Of a stretch of 64,000 nt of DNA, positions 20,691 to 32,517 are shown one piece after another. A program made the translations under genes and the position numbers. The stretch is from an uncultured delta proteobacterium (GTDB lineage Bacteria > Desulfobacterota > Binatia > UBA9968). Position 1 is the stretch's first letter. Each line of letters begins with the position of its first letter. The notes under the pieces are model-generated. The model did not search any database and was not told the DNA's origin. It saw only the letters and a program-made list of their open reading frames with translations. The stretch is from assembly GCA_963745035.1 (NCBI GenBank), contig CAVUVW010000020.1, positions 1 to 64,000 of the forward strand. The letters run 5' to 3'.

Positions 20691-21620
20691 ATGGCAGCCG
20701 TGGCGAAGGAACCGGGACCAAAAGCTTCCGCCCGGAAAAAACTCGTCCAGTTGACGCGCACGCGCCTCGAGCGCTTCGTCAGCATCGTCCCGAAGTTTTT
20801 AGTCAACGACGACCCCGCGCTGATTCACGATCTGCGCGTGCGGAGCCGGCGGCTGCAACAAACGCTGCGCGTGGTGTTGCCGCGCCCCAAGCCGCGCGGC
20901 GCGCGCAAGATCACCAAAGTCCTGCGCCGGGCGCGCCAGGCCCTCGGGCCATGCCGCAATCTCGACGTCAATTTAGAGCTGGTGCAAAAGCGCGGCGCCG
21001 AAGCGCAAGCGCCGGAGGCGCGCGACGCTTGGCAGACTCTCACCGAAGATTTGTCGAACCGGCGCCAAGGGCTGCTCGACGACGCCCGCCGCCGCATCGC
21101 CAAGCACGATTTAGCCGCATTCATCGCCCGTGCCCAGGCGGCAATCTCCCAACTCGACGCGCAAGCCGATCCGCTGCCGGACATGGAAGAGGCCTTGCGC
21201 GGCGCGCTGGCGGAGTGGGACGAAGCCTATACTCTGGCCGAACAAAGCCGTGGTCCGGAAGAGCTCCACACCCTGCGCCTCGCCGGCAAGCGGCTGCGCT
21301 ACCGCGCCGAGCTGTTGGCCGACGCCGGCATCGCATCCATCAAGCCGATGACCAAGGATTTGAAAAAAATCCAGGCGGCGCTGGGCGACTGGCACGATCG
21401 ATCCGTCCTGCTTGAGTTTATCGCGGAATTTATCCGCCGCCCGAAATTCATGGAGCATCATCCGGACCGCGCCAGCGCACTGCTCGCCCAAATGGAGGAA
21501 GAGCAGAAACGCAGCGCCGCGACGATTGAAGAGTTTATGACCCAGGCGCCCCAGCTCAGAAAGCGCTGGCACCGGGAAGCGCGCGCCGGAGCGCGCGCGG
21601 GCAAAGTCGAGACGCAATAA
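20691..21620 (+). CDS. CHAD-domain polyphosphate-binding protein
   Basis: IHDLRVRSRRL, RNLDV, LHTLRLAGKRLRY, LGDWHD. Confidence 0.92.
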   Translation: MAAVAKEPGPKASARKKLVQLTRTRLERFVSIVPKFLVNDDPALIHDLRVRSRRLQQTLRVVLPRPKPRGARKITKVLRRARQALGPCRNLDVNLELVQKRGAEAQAPEARDAWQTLTEDLSNRRQGLLDDARRRIAKHDLAAFIARAQAAISQLDAQADPLPDMEEALRGALAEWDEAYTLAEQSRGPEELHTLRLAGKRLRYRAELLADAGIASIKPMTKDLKKIQAALGDWHDRSVLLEFIAEFIRRPKFMEHHPDRASALLAQMEEEQKRSAATIEEFMTQAPQLRKRWHREARAGARAGKVETQ

Positions 21621-22175
21621 CCGTCGCTCTGCCGCTCGAATGAAAACCCGTTAAAAATCCATTACTCTTTCTGTCTACTCGAAATATCATAAAATCTTTC
21701 GCAAGCAAATTTTTGTGGTACGGCGGTTGCAAATCGTCAGCATGCCACCAAAACCAGCGGGTAGCAGACCTCTGCGATTGAATTCGTCCCTCCCAATATT
21801 CCTAGTCGGGGGATCAGCCATATCCGATTCGGCCAGAGCAATCGAACCGCGTCTTGACATGCGAAAATTACGAAATCTAGCTTGGCAATTTAATTAACCC
21901 AGAAACGCGAGGGACGAATCAATCAAAATATGACGCATGTGAAAGGACGGGCACGACGAACGGCATCTATGTCCCAAAAATGCAGTTTTTTAATGGAATG
22001 TCAGCTATCTGACAGACACTCCAAGGGATTTTGGATATGCCTCTGTCACACGGTTCCAAATGCGGGTTTCGTTTCCTGGAACGGCGCCGCGCGGGTGGCA
22101 ACGTGGAAATTTCGACTTTGCTCGCTCGGGAAGCAAGTTTAATAGCGGTTCACGCAAGCCGGAGCCAACAGCCCC

Positions 22176-22886
22176 ATGGTTAAAACTACGTCCATGCTAA
22201 AGGTCGATGCGAAAGCTCTTAAGCAGCTCAAAAATTTCTGCCGTTTATCGGCCGCTCAACTGGACAGGCTCGCCGGCAATCTGACCGTAAAGACTTTTAA
22301 TAAGGACGAAATCATTTGTGATCAGGACGAGCAGGCCAGGCTCGTGTACCTGCTCGTCTCCGGAGTCGTCAGAGTCTCGTATAATAGCTATGAGCGGCAG
22401 ACGATTGTTAGCCTGGTTCCGGCAGGAGAATTTTTCGGCCTCGACTCGCTCGTGCCCGAGTCGTGCCACCCTTTCAGGTGCGACGCCTTCGAGACCTCGA
22501 CCGTAGGTTCCATCAAACCCCAGGTTTTCGTCGAAACCCTGCTCGACACCTCCTATGAAAACTTTCTTTTGGGCTTCGCCACCACGCTGAATTTGAACCG
22601 ACGATCGTACGTGCACTGCATTCGCGGCATCGGCCTTGACGTGCGCCGGCGGATAGCCCTGGAGCTTGCGAATCTGGCGCACCATTTTGGCTCCGCCGAT
22701 TCGCGTGGAACCATGATCACCCTGCCCATCAGTCACGAGACGCTCGCCAGCTTCGTCGGCGCCTCGCGCCAGCAGGTCACGCAATATTTGAATGAATTCG
22801 ATCGCGCGAAGGTTATTTTGAGAGAGGGGCGACGGATCATCGTCAACCCTAAAAACCTGCGTAAAATCATCGAGAGCAGACCGTGA
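22176..22886 (+). CDS. Crp/Fnr family regulator
   Basis: GEFFG cNMP-type domain, ISHETLASFVGASRQQVT HTH. Confidence 0.9.
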   Translation: MVKTTSMLKVDAKALKQLKNFCRLSAAQLDRLAGNLTVKTFNKDEIICDQDEQARLVYLLVSGVVRVSYNSYERQTIVSLVPAGEFFGLDSLVPESCHPFRCDAFETSTVGSIKPQVFVETLLDTSYENFLLGFATTLNLNRRSYVHCIRGIGLDVRRRIALELANLAHHFGSADSRGTMITLPISHETLASFVGASRQQVTQYLNEFDRAKVILREGRRIIVNPKNLRKIIESRP

Positions 22887-22938
22887 TATTCATCGACGTT
22901 TCCCGACCAAGGTTTGAACTCTGGCGCGGTTCTTCGTT

Positions 22939-23244
22939 ATGGAGCTGAGAAAACACCCGCGTATGACGTGCCTCGGTCGTCCCAACTGGCCTCCCGAGTG
23001 GAACGGACCCTACGGCCCGGACAATCCCCTGCCGCGCGGCGAGGTCGGCATTCTCGTCCGGGTGGAGCCTTCCTCCAACATTGCGGAAAGCCCGTACTGC
23101 TTTCTAGTTATTCAGTGGAACCAGCAAGAATATGCAGGTTCTTTGTACCTCGACGACAAAAACTTTCTGCGGGAAATCGTCGAGCTTCTCCGCGGCTGTC
23201 GCGGCCAGTCGATCGCGGAAATCGGCAGCATAGACGTTCCCTGA
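22939..23244 (+). CDS. Hypothetical LRxHP/GEVG family protein (copy 2)
   Basis: MELRKHPRM..NWPPEW..GEVGIL..DD..F..SIAEIGSID. Confidence 0.75.
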   Translation: MELRKHPRMTCLGRPNWPPEWNGPYGPDNPLPRGEVGILVRVEPSSNIAESPYCFLVIQWNQQEYAGSLYLDDKNFLREIVELLRGCRGQSIAEIGSIDVP

Positions 23245-23269
23245 TCCGCCGATCCCTTCCTCATCTAAT

Positions 23270-23970
23270 CTATGGATGGAGTCCGTTGCGCGCGATCACC
23301 CGCTCCACCCGGGCGCGCAAGGTCTCGAAAACTTCCTCCACCGATCCCGAAGCGTCGATGATCTCAAAACCGTAGGTCTCGACCATCTTGTCGAATTCTG
23401 CGAGCAGCCATTTTTGATAGCGGACGAAGCTCTCGTACATGTCCTCGCCCATGTGCATGTCCATGCCGGATTCCCAGTAGTCGAAACCGGTGCTTTGCAG
23501 CACGCGGGTGACCAGATCGTCGATCTTGACGCGCAGATAAAAAATCGCGTCGGGCTGCAGCGCGAAGCCGTACACTTCGCGCAGCCATTCCGGATCGGCG
23601 CCGCGCACGATGGCGCGCGCCATCAGGGAATAAATATAGCGGTCGGTCAAAACGATAAATCCCGCGCGCAGCGCCGGGATGATTTCGTTTTCCAGGCGAT
23701 CGGCGAAGTCGGTGGCGTAAAACAGGCTCATGGTGATGCCGCCGAGAGTGTGCCCCTCCTTGGCCTGCTTGAGCCGCTTGCCGGCCAACGGCGAGCGCGT
23801 CATGCCGGTGTCGAGCACCGCGTGGCCGTGGTTTTCCAGCCATGGCGCAGCAAAGTAATGTGGGTCGAGCGCCCGACGCCGTCCGTGCCCTCCAAAACGA
23901 TCAGCTTGCCCTTGAGCTCCTCGAGGTCTATGCCCGGGAGCCCTTCGCCAAAGAAGTTAAATCGAGCCAT
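23270..23970 (-). CDS. Thymidylate-kinase-like protein B (frameshift near 23845)
   Basis: LIVLEGTDGVGRST (Arg at the Walker A Lys), YATDFADR, LTDRYIYS. Confidence 0.88.
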
Positions 23971-24662
23971 CTTCGAACCGTGGTTTTCTTTGTGCCGGTC
24001 AACGCATCCGAGACAATGCGCCGAACCTCCGCCTGTTGTTCTTCGATCGAGCGAGTCGCGTCGATGGCCACCAGATTGAATTCATCGACCATCTTTTCAT
24101 ATTCATCGACGATGCGGCTCTGAAAGATCCGAAAACTCTCCTCGATGTCATTGCTTAAATCGAGATCCATGCCCGCTTCGTAATATTTGATCGCGTCGCG
24201 GCCGCCGAGAATGCGCTTCATGGCGACGTCGAGCGGCGTGCGAAAATAGAAGGCGACCGTGGGCTTCACCGCGAACGCATAAAGCTCGCGCACCCATTTC
24301 GGACTCACGCCGCGCACGACGTCGCGCGCGAACGCCGTGTAAATGTAGCGGTCGGCGAGAACCACGGCGCCCGCCTTCATCGGCGGGATGATGTCGTGCT
24401 CGGTGCGGTCGGCGAAATCGGTCGCGTGGATCAGGCTGAACGTCATCGGCGTGAGCATCTGTTTCTTTTTGCCGCGCTTGGTCACGTCGCGCACCAGCGG
24501 CGAAGAATTCCACTCGCTGAAATAAACGACGTAGCCTTCGGCTTCGAGCCATTTCTGGAGCAGCGCGAGCTGCGTGCTCTTGCCCGAACCGTCGATGCCC
24601 TCGACGATAAACAAGCGTCCCGGAAAGCGGTGCTTTCCGTACATTTTCATTCCGCCTGCCAT
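23928..24662 (-). CDS. Thymidylate-kinase-like protein A
   Basis: FIVEGIDGSGKSTQ, HATDFADR, LADRYIYT. Confidence 0.9.
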   Translation of the reverse strand: MAGGMKMYGKHRFPGRLFIVEGIDGSGKSTQLALLQKWLEAEGYVVYFSEWNSSPLVRDVTKRGKKKQMLTPMTFSLIHATDFADRTEHDIIPPMKAGAVVLADRYIYTAFARDVVRGVSPKWVRELYAFAVKPTVAFYFRTPLDVAMKRILGGRDAIKYYEAGMDLDLSNDIEESFRIFQSRIVDEYEKMVDEFNLVAIDATRSIEEQQAEVRRIVSDALTGTKKTTVRRWLDLTSLAKGSRA

Positions 24663-24761
24663 GCTGGACCTTTCTTGCTTCACGAGTCCCGACCGGTAGA
24701 AAGTCGGCGACTTAGCAAACGACTCCGGAATGTTGCCTAGCCAGTCAAGCCGAACGAAATT

Positions 24762-24779
24762 GTTAAATCTCTGTTAAGC
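24762..24779 (-). promoter_or_regulatory. Putative Pho box for the TMK-like pair
   Basis: Minus strand GCTTAAC-AGAG-ATTTAAC, followed by TTGACT (24743-24748). Confidence 0.55.
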
Positions 24780-24966
24780 GAACCAGCCGGGACTGCCTGC
24801 CCGTGCTTCATTAACTCGTTCTTCATCGATGCTTAATGCTGCGTTCACCTACCGGAGCTACTGAGTACGGTCTAAAATAGACGATGAGAACAAGATTGCA
24901 CTCATCGAAGTCAAAATAGGTCGCGTTGCCGGAGCCCATGCGCCAATTCATACAACGTTCAACGAT

Positions 24967-24984
24967 CCGTAACAATTCCGTAAC
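24967..24984 (+). promoter_or_regulatory. Pho box upstream of pstS
   Basis: CCGTAAC-AATT-CCGTAAC. Confidence 0.75.
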
Positions 24985-25020
24985 ATTGTGTTCTTTACAA
25001 GACTGACAAAGGAGTCTAAC

Positions 25021-26009
25021 ATGAAAAATGTCATATTCTCAGTCGCCCTGGCCGCGCTCTTGGGATTGCTCCCTAACACTCGGCCACGGCCAGATCATTC
25101 AAATCGACGGCTCCAGCACGGTTTTCCCGTCACCGAAGCCGTCGCGGAGGAGTTTCAAAAGTCAAAGAAGGGCAAGATCAAAGTGACCGTCGGTATTGCC
25201 GGCACCGGCGGCGGCTTTAAAAAGTTTTGCCGCGGTGAGACGGACATCAGCAATGCCTCGCGGCCGATTTTGAAACAAGAAATGGAGGCGTGCAAAGGCG
25301 CCAACGTCGAGTACATCGAGCTGCCTATCGCTTTCGACGCCCTTACCGTAATCATCAATCCTAAAAACAACTGGGCGACGTCAATGACCGTGGCTGAGCT
25401 CAAGAAGATTTGGGAACCCGCAGCCCAGGGAAAAATCACCAACTGGAATCAGGTTCGGGATAAATGGCCCAACGCGCCATTGAAGCTTTTCGGTGCCGGC
25501 GCGGACTCCGGGACTTTTGACTACTTCACCGAAGCAATCATCGGAAAGGCGAAGTCCAGCCGTGGCGACTTCACCGCCAGCGAGGATGACAACGTGCTGG
25601 TTCAAGGCGTCGCCAACGATCGTCAACGCATTGGGTTTTTTCGGCTTCGCGTATTACGCTGAAAACAGCAAAAACTCAAAGCCGTGGCGAATTGACGCCG
25701 GCAAGGGCGCTGTGGTCCCATCGGAGAAGACCGTACTCGACGGCACCTACCAGCCGCTTTCCCGACCGATCTATATTTATGTGAGTAAGAAGGCGTTGGA
25801 GAAGCCGGAGGTCAGAGAGTTTGTGGAATTCTATCTCAAGAATGCTCCGCAAGCTTGTCAAGGAAGTCAAATACGTTCCGCTCCCTGACAAGGTTTATGC
25901 ACTGGGCACAGGCCGTGTAAAAAGCGCCAAATTGGGAACGGCGTTCGGCGGCCATGCCGACGTCGGAGTCACGATCGACGATCTGATGAAAAGAGAGCCG
26001 AAGCTGTAA
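25021..26009 (+). CDS. pstS: Phosphate ABC transporter substrate-binding protein (several indels)
   Basis: [53 protein letters not shown]. Confidence 0.93.
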
Positions 26010-26105
26010 CGGTCTTGGAAGCGTCTGATCGATGGCGCGGGGCAGTACCCGCCCCGTCGCCGCTTCGGTCCAGATGCTTTACTCCGATCAGAGGATAACA
26101 CGCCG

Positions 26106-27063
26106 TTGAAAACGAATCAAGCCGACGCCGTCTATCTCGCACATACAAAGCCAAGTCAGAGGCCGGGCTTCCGGCGCTAACACTCCAGAAAATTCGCGAG
26201 CGCACCATCGAGTTTGGCATGTTACTCTGCGCGCTTTTTTCGGTCGCGATTACCGGCGGTATCGTCTGGGTGCTGCTGGTCTACGAGTCCTGGCATTTTT
26301 TTGAGAATGTATCGATCATTGATTTTCTCACTGACACGCAATGGACGGTTCTGTTCGAGAACCCGCGCTATGGCATCATGCCGTTGGTCACCGGAACCCT
26401 TGTGACCTCGGGCATCGCTCTGCTTGTGGCGTTACCGCTGGGAACCACCATTGCGATCTATTTGAGCGAATACGCCAACACCACGGTTCGTGAAATCTTA
26501 AAGCCGATTCTGGAGTTATTGAGCGCCGTGCCGACAGTGGTTTTCGGCTACTTCGCGTTGCTGTTTATCACGCCCATGCTGCAAAATGTGCTGCCCGGCT
26601 CTGCCGGGGTTTAACATGTTAGGTCCCGGTATTGTCATCGGCATTATGATTGTTCCCTATATAAGTTCTCTCAGCGAAGACGCCATGAAGGCTGTGCCGG
26701 TGCATATTCGCGAAGGCTCCTACGCCATGGGCGCCACTCGTTTGCAAACCGCGCTTCGCGTGCTCATTCCCGCGGCATTCTCCGGTATCGCTTCCGCCTA
26801 CGTGCTGGGATTCTCGCGCGCCGTCGGCGAAACCATGGTGGTCGCCGTGGCCGCAGGCACTCAGCCCAATCTGACGTTGAACCCCATGGAAGGCGCCGCC
26901 ACGATCACGGCGTACATCGTGCAAGTGAGCCTGGGCGATCTGCCGCACGGCAGCATCGCTTATCAAAGCATCTTTGCGGCCGGCTTGACCCTGATGTGTG
27001 ATGACGTTGATTTTCAACATCGGCGGCTATCTGCTGCGGAAACGCTTCAGGGAGATTTACTGA
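26106..27063 (+). CDS. pstC: Phosphate ABC permease (indels; start uncertain)
   Basis: AIYLSEYA, ELLSAVPTVVFG, SEDAMKAVP, SRAVGETM. Confidence 0.92.
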
Positions 27064-27064
27064 T

Positions 27065-27990
27065 ATGCAAAAGCCGGCTCAATCCGAAGTTGAAAAGAGC
27101 GTTGCAGCGCAACAAGACTCGCGACAAGCTTTTTGTCGTGTTCGGCTTGCTCGCGACTTTCGTCGGAATGCTTACGTTGGCAGCCTTGCTCGCCGATCTA
27201 GCCATCGACGGATTGGCGCGTCTGAAGCCACACTTCTTTACTTCGTATCCCTCGCGCTTTGCCGGCCAAGCAGGGATTTTGTCCTCTTGGGTCGGCACCA
27301 TTCTCGTCATGATCGTCACGGCGGCAACGGCGATCCCGATGGGCGTCAGCTGCCGGTGTTTACCTGGAGGAATATGCGCCCAAAAACTGGTTCACGGCGC
27401 TGATCGAAATCAACATCGCCAACCTCGCCGGCGTGCCCTCGATCGTTTACGGCTTAATGGCGCTGGGGCTGTTCGTCTACCAGTTCGGCTTCGGGCAAAG
27501 CGTGCTCTCCGCCGGGCTCACCCTGGCGCTGTTGATCCTACCGATCGTCATCGTCGCGACCCGCGAATCCATCCGCGCAGTTCCGGCCAGCATGAGAGAA
27601 GCCGCCTATGCTCTCGGTGCGACAAAATGGCAAACGACAAGCGATCATGTCTTGCCCTATTCCATGGGCGGCATCTTGACCGGCGTCATTATCGGTCTTT
27701 CCCGCGCTATCGGCGAAACCGCGCCGCTGATCACCATCGGCGCCCTGACTTTTATCGCATTTCTTCCTGACTCGCCGATCAAAGCGGAGTTTCCCTTCAT
27801 CTCCTTCGATTGGATTTGGTCGCCCTACTCGGTTATGCCGATTCAAATGTTTAACTGGGTTTCCCGGCCGCAGGCCGAGTTCCATCTCAATGCGGCAGCC
27901 ACGGGTCTGGTGTTGATGGTCATGACCCTGGCGATGAACGGCATTGCGATTTATTTTCGTTACCGCTTCCGCAAGCGCATCAAATGGTAG
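27065..27990 (+). CDS. pstA: Phosphate ABC permease (indels)
   Basis: [35 protein letters not shown]. Confidence 0.92.
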
Positions 27991-28033
27991 AGCCACGGAC
28001 GTGAAAATGACAAATGCACCTGATGGAGGTAAG

Positions 28034-28889
28034 ATGAACTTGCAAGAAGCGGCAGAAACGCTCACTCCGGGCCGCCCCTCGATGAAAGCCATGGACACCT
28101 CTGTCATTACAGCGGTAAAAACCGACGAGCCGGCCAACAAGATTTTCAGCGTGGACAACGTCGAATTTCTACTATGGCGAGAAGCACGCGCTGAAATCCA
28201 TCAATTTGGAAATCGGCGAGAAGAAATCGACCGCCTTCATCGGCCCCTCCGGTTGCGGCAAGACCACCCTGCTGCGCTGCCTGAATCGGATGAACGATCT
28301 GGTGCTCAACACCAGGGTCACCGGCGAGATCAGGCTCGACGGCAAGAACATCTACGATCCATCCATGGACGTGATCAATTTGCGCCGCCGCGTCGGCATG
28401 ATCTTTCAGAAATGGAACCCGTTTCCGAAAAGCATCTACGAGAACATCGTTTACGGCCTGCGCATCGTCGGCGTGAATAATCGCGCCTATCTTGACGAAG
28501 TGGTCGAGAAGAGCCTGCGGCGCGCCGCCCTATGGGAAGAGGTCAAAGATAGTCTTCACAAGAGTGCAGCCGACATGTCCGGCGGCCAGCAGCAGCGCCT
28601 GTGCATCGCCCGCGCGCTCGCGGTCGAGCCCGACGTGCTGCTCATGGACGAGCCCTGCTCGGCCCTCGATCCGATCTCCACGGCGAAGATCGAAGAGCTG
28701 ATCCACGAGCTCAAGGAAACCTTCACCATCGTGATCGTCACCCACAACATGCAGCAGGCGGCGCGCGTGTCCGACTACACCGCTTTTTTCTATCTGGGCG
28801 AGTTGATAGAGTTCGGCGAGACCGGCAAGCTTTTCACCGCGCCCGAGAAGCGCCAGACCGAAGACTACATCACCGGTCGTTTCGGTTAA
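28034..28889 (+). CDS. pstB: Phosphate ABC ATPase (indel near 28168)
   Basis: [39 protein letters not shown]. Confidence 0.95.
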
Positions 28890-28903
28890 GACGGAGAAGC
28901 GTT

Positions 28904-29590
28904 ATGCCGACGGAACACACCGATAAAAAATACGAAGAACAGCTCAAGAAGCTGCGCGAGGAAATCCTCTACATGGGCGGGCTGGTGGAGGATCAGATTC
29001 AAAAGGCGGTGAAATCACTGGTGGACCGCGATTCCGAGATGGCGCCGGTGATCATCGAGCGCGACCGCGAGGTCAATCGACTCGACGTCGAGATCGACGA
29101 TTTGTGCATCAAGCTTTTGGCGCTGCACCAGCCGGCCGGCCGCGACCTGCGCTTTATCACCACCGGCCTCAAGATCACCACCGACCTCGAGCGCATCGGC
29201 GACATGGCCGTGAATATCTGCGAGCGCGCCCTGGAGCTCAATCAGGAGCCGCAGCTCAAGCCCTACATCGACATCCCGCGCATGGCGCGCATTTCCCAGC
29301 GCATGATCCGCGAAAGCCTCGACGCTTTCGTGCGCGAGGACACCGAGCTGGCGCTCAAAGTGTGCAAGGACGATGACGAAGTGGATCAGCTCAACGCGCA
29401 GATTTTCCGCGAGACCTTGACGTTCATGCTGGAAAACGCCCAGACCATCAGCCGCGCCACCAAGATCAGCTCGGTGTCGAAATATCTGGAGCGGATCGCC
29501 GACCATGCCACCAACATCGCGGAGATGGTGATCTTCATGGTCAAGGGAAAGAGCATTCGCCACATGAAGGACCTGCCTCCTTCGGTTTAA
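28904..29590 (+). CDS. phoU: Phosphate signalling protein
   Basis: LHQPAGRDLR, DLERIGD, LERIADHATNIAE. Confidence 0.95.
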   Translation: MPTEHTDKKYEEQLKKLREEILYMGGLVEDQIQKAVKSLVDRDSEMAPVIIERDREVNRLDVEIDDLCIKLLALHQPAGRDLRFITTGLKITTDLERIGDMAVNICERALELNQEPQLKPYIDIPRMARISQRMIRESLDAFVREDTELALKVCKDDDEVDQLNAQIFRETLTFMLENAQTISRATKISSVSKYLERIADHATNIAEMVIFMVKGKSIRHMKDLPPSV

Positions 29591-29600
29591 GACGCACTAT

Positions 29601-30320
29601 ATGGCCGCCAACGGACAAAAAATTCTAGTCGTCGAGGACGAGCCGGATATCTCCAAGCTCGTAAGCTACAACCTGACCCAGGAGCGCTTCCGCGTGCTCA
29701 CCGCCGAGGACGGCGAGCAGGCGCTCAAGGTCATTCAACGCGAAAAACCCAATCTGGTGGTGCTCGATTTGATGCTGCCCGGCCTCTCCGGCATGGAAGT
29801 GTGCAAGATCCTGCGCGACCGGCCCGAGACCGCCAAGCTGCCGATTCTCATGCTGACGGCCAAGGCCGGCGAAGCCGACCGCGTGGTCGGCTTGGAAATG
29901 GGCGCCGACGACTATCTGGCCAAGCCCTTCAGCCCGCGCGAGATGGTGGCGCGGGTGCGCGCGATCCTGCGGCGCGCGAACAACGCCGCCCATGCCGAGC
30001 CGCCGCCGGCGTACGACCGCGGCGGCCTGCACATCGACTTTTCCACCTACGAGGTGTTCGTGCACGGCAAGTCCGTCAAGCTGACGTTGAAAGAGTTTGA
30101 GCTGTTGCGCTTTTTGGTCCAAAATCCCAATCGTGTGCTCAGCCGCGATCAGCTTCTCGATCGGGTGTGGGGCGGCGAGACCTTCGTTACGCCGCGCACC
30201 GTCGACGTGCACATTCGCCGCCTGCGCAAAGCCATCGAGAAGGACGACAGCAAACCGCAATGGATTTTGACGCTTCGGGGGGTGGGCTACAAATTCGATG
30301 AAAAGGCTTTGGACCAGTAG
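29601..30320 (+). CDS. phoB: OmpR-family response regulator
   Basis: VVEDE, LDLMLP, GADDY.KPF, RTVDVHIRRLR; located between phoU and phoR. Confidence 0.92.
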   Translation: MAANGQKILVVEDEPDISKLVSYNLTQERFRVLTAEDGEQALKVIQREKPNLVVLDLMLPGLSGMEVCKILRDRPETAKLPILMLTAKAGEADRVVGLEMGADDYLAKPFSPREMVARVRAILRRANNAAHAEPPPAYDRGGLHIDFSTYEVFVHGKSVKLTLKEFELLRFLVQNPNRVLSRDQLLDRVWGGETFVTPRTVDVHIRRLRKAIEKDDSKPQWILTLRGVGYKFDEKALDQ

Positions 30321-32517
30321 CCTCGTCGCCAAGGTTTTTCTCTCCTATCTCGCCGTCGTCGTACTGCTCTTCGCCAGCTTCTATCTTTTTTCCAGCGCCG
30401 AGCTGAAAATGCGCCAGATCGCCGCCATCGGCGAGCGCATGGGCCAGGAAGCGCGCTTCCTGGCGACGGTGCTGCCGGCGGGCGCGGCCGGCGAGACGCT
30501 CGACGCGTTGTGCCGGCGGCTCGGCGCCGCTCTCGGCACCCGCATCACCGTGATCGACGCCGGACGGCAAAGTTCTCGGCGACTCCGCCGAGTCTTCGGC
30601 GAGCATGGAAAACCACATCGGCCGGCCGGAAGTCGTCGAAGCGCTCCAACGCGGCGACGGCAGCGCGACCCGCTACAGCACCACCGTGCGCCATGAAATG
30701 CTCTACCACGCCTTTTACGAAAAGAGCGCGGGCGAGGGGCGCATCGTCCGCGTCGCCAAGCCGCTGAAGGAGGTGGAAAGCGCGATCGAGTCGATTCGCT
30801 GGTCGATTTTGACCGGGCTGTTTGCTCGCCTCGGGCTTGGGACTGGCGCTGGCCTGGTTTTTTTCCCGCCACCTGTCGCGCCGTTTTCGGCGTTTGGAGC
30901 AATTTACCGATCAGGTCGCCCAGGGATCTTTCCCGCAGAATTTTTTCCCCGCGCGCACCCGTGACGAGATCTCGGTGCTCGAACAGCGCCTCACCGAGAT
31001 GAGCCTCAAGATCCGCGACAACTTACAGCTCGTCGTCGACGAAAAGGAAAAAGCCGACTCGATCCTGCGCTGCATGATCGAGGGCGTGCTGGTGCTCGAT
31101 CCCAAGGGCCAGGTGCTGGTCATGAACGATCAGGCCAAGGCGATGTTTCACATCGCGCCCGAGCGCGATGTAGCGGGCGCGTCGATGCTGGAGATCTCGC
31201 GCCACCCCGAAATGCATAAAATCCTCGCCGAAGTTCTGGCCTTCGACTTCTTTCAGCAGCGCTACTCCAAGGAAGTCGAGCTCGACGAGGAGCGCTGGTT
31301 TCGCGTGAACGCGGTGCGCCTGCGCGACTTTCGCGGCGCCTCCCTCGGCTCGATCCTGGTGTTCCACGACATCACCGACATCAAGCGCTTCGAGTCGATG
31401 CGCTCCGACTTCGTCGCCAACGTGTCCCACGAGCTGCGCACGCCGCTCACCGCGATCCGCGGCTACGTCGAAACTTTGCTGGACACTCCGCCGGCGGACC
31501 CCGAGGACGGCCGGCAGTTTCTGACCATCATCGACCGCCACTCCGAGCGCCTGAGCCGCCTCACCGAAGATTTGCTGACGCTCTCGGACCTCGAATCGGG
31601 CAATATCCGGCTGATGCTCCACGCTCTCGACGCCAACCAGTTGATCCAGCGCGTGCTGGAAATTTTCTGGGATCGCGCCGCCAAGAAAAACATCCGCCTC
31701 ACCCATCGCCCGGCGGACGATCTGCCGCGCCTGCAGGGCGACCTGGATCGTCTGCAGCAGCTCTTTATCAACCTGGTCGACAACGCGATCAAATACACTC
31801 CGCCCGGCGGCGAAGTGTCCTTGACCGCGGCGCGCACCGCCGGCAAGAACGGCGCGGCGCAGATCGAAATCGCCGTCACCGACACCGGCCCGGGGATTCC
31901 GGAAAAGGATTTGCCCCGGCTCACCGAGCGCTTTTACCGGGTCGATAAAGCGCGCTCGCGCGATCTCGGCGGCACCGGGCTCGGCCTGGCGATCGTCAAG
32001 CACATCGTCCAGGCGCACAAGGGCGAGTTGAAAATCGAAAGCGCGCTCAACAAAGGCACCACCGTGCGCGTGCTTATTGCCGGCCGCTCCTCCTCCCCAC
32101 CCCGACGGTATTTTGTTTCTATGCCGCGGCAACTCCTGCCGGAGCCAGATGGCCGAAGGCTTCGCCCGCCGGCTCGCCAACGGCACGCCCATCTACAGCG
32201 CCGGCACCAAGCCCGAAGAAATTCATCCGCTGGCGGCGCGCGTCATGAAGGAAGCCGGCGTCGACATCGCCGCGCAACGATCCAAAGGACTGGAAGCGAT
32301 TCCGCTGGAGCGCGTCGATATGCTGATCACCTTGTGCCATGACGACGGAGAATGCCCGGCGCTCGCCCATCCGGTCCGGCGCGCCCATTGGCCGCTCGCC
32401 GACCCGGCGCTGGCGCGCGGCAGCGACGAAGAGATCCTCGCGGCCTTTCGCGCGGTTCGGGACGAAATCCGCGCCCGCGTGGAAGAGCTGTTTTCACGTC
32501 CTCGCCCATCTTTGTAA
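30298..32517 (+). CDS. phoR: PhoR sensor kinase, probably fused to a C-terminal ArsC/LMW-PTP domain (indels near 30565, 30822 and 32075)
   Basis: TM-HAMP-PAS, DFVANVSHELRTPLT, NLVDNAIKY, ERFYRVDKARSR, GTGLGLAIVKH; then LPAAPPPHPDGILFLCRGNSCRSQMAE in a frame shifted by one base. Confidence 0.85.
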
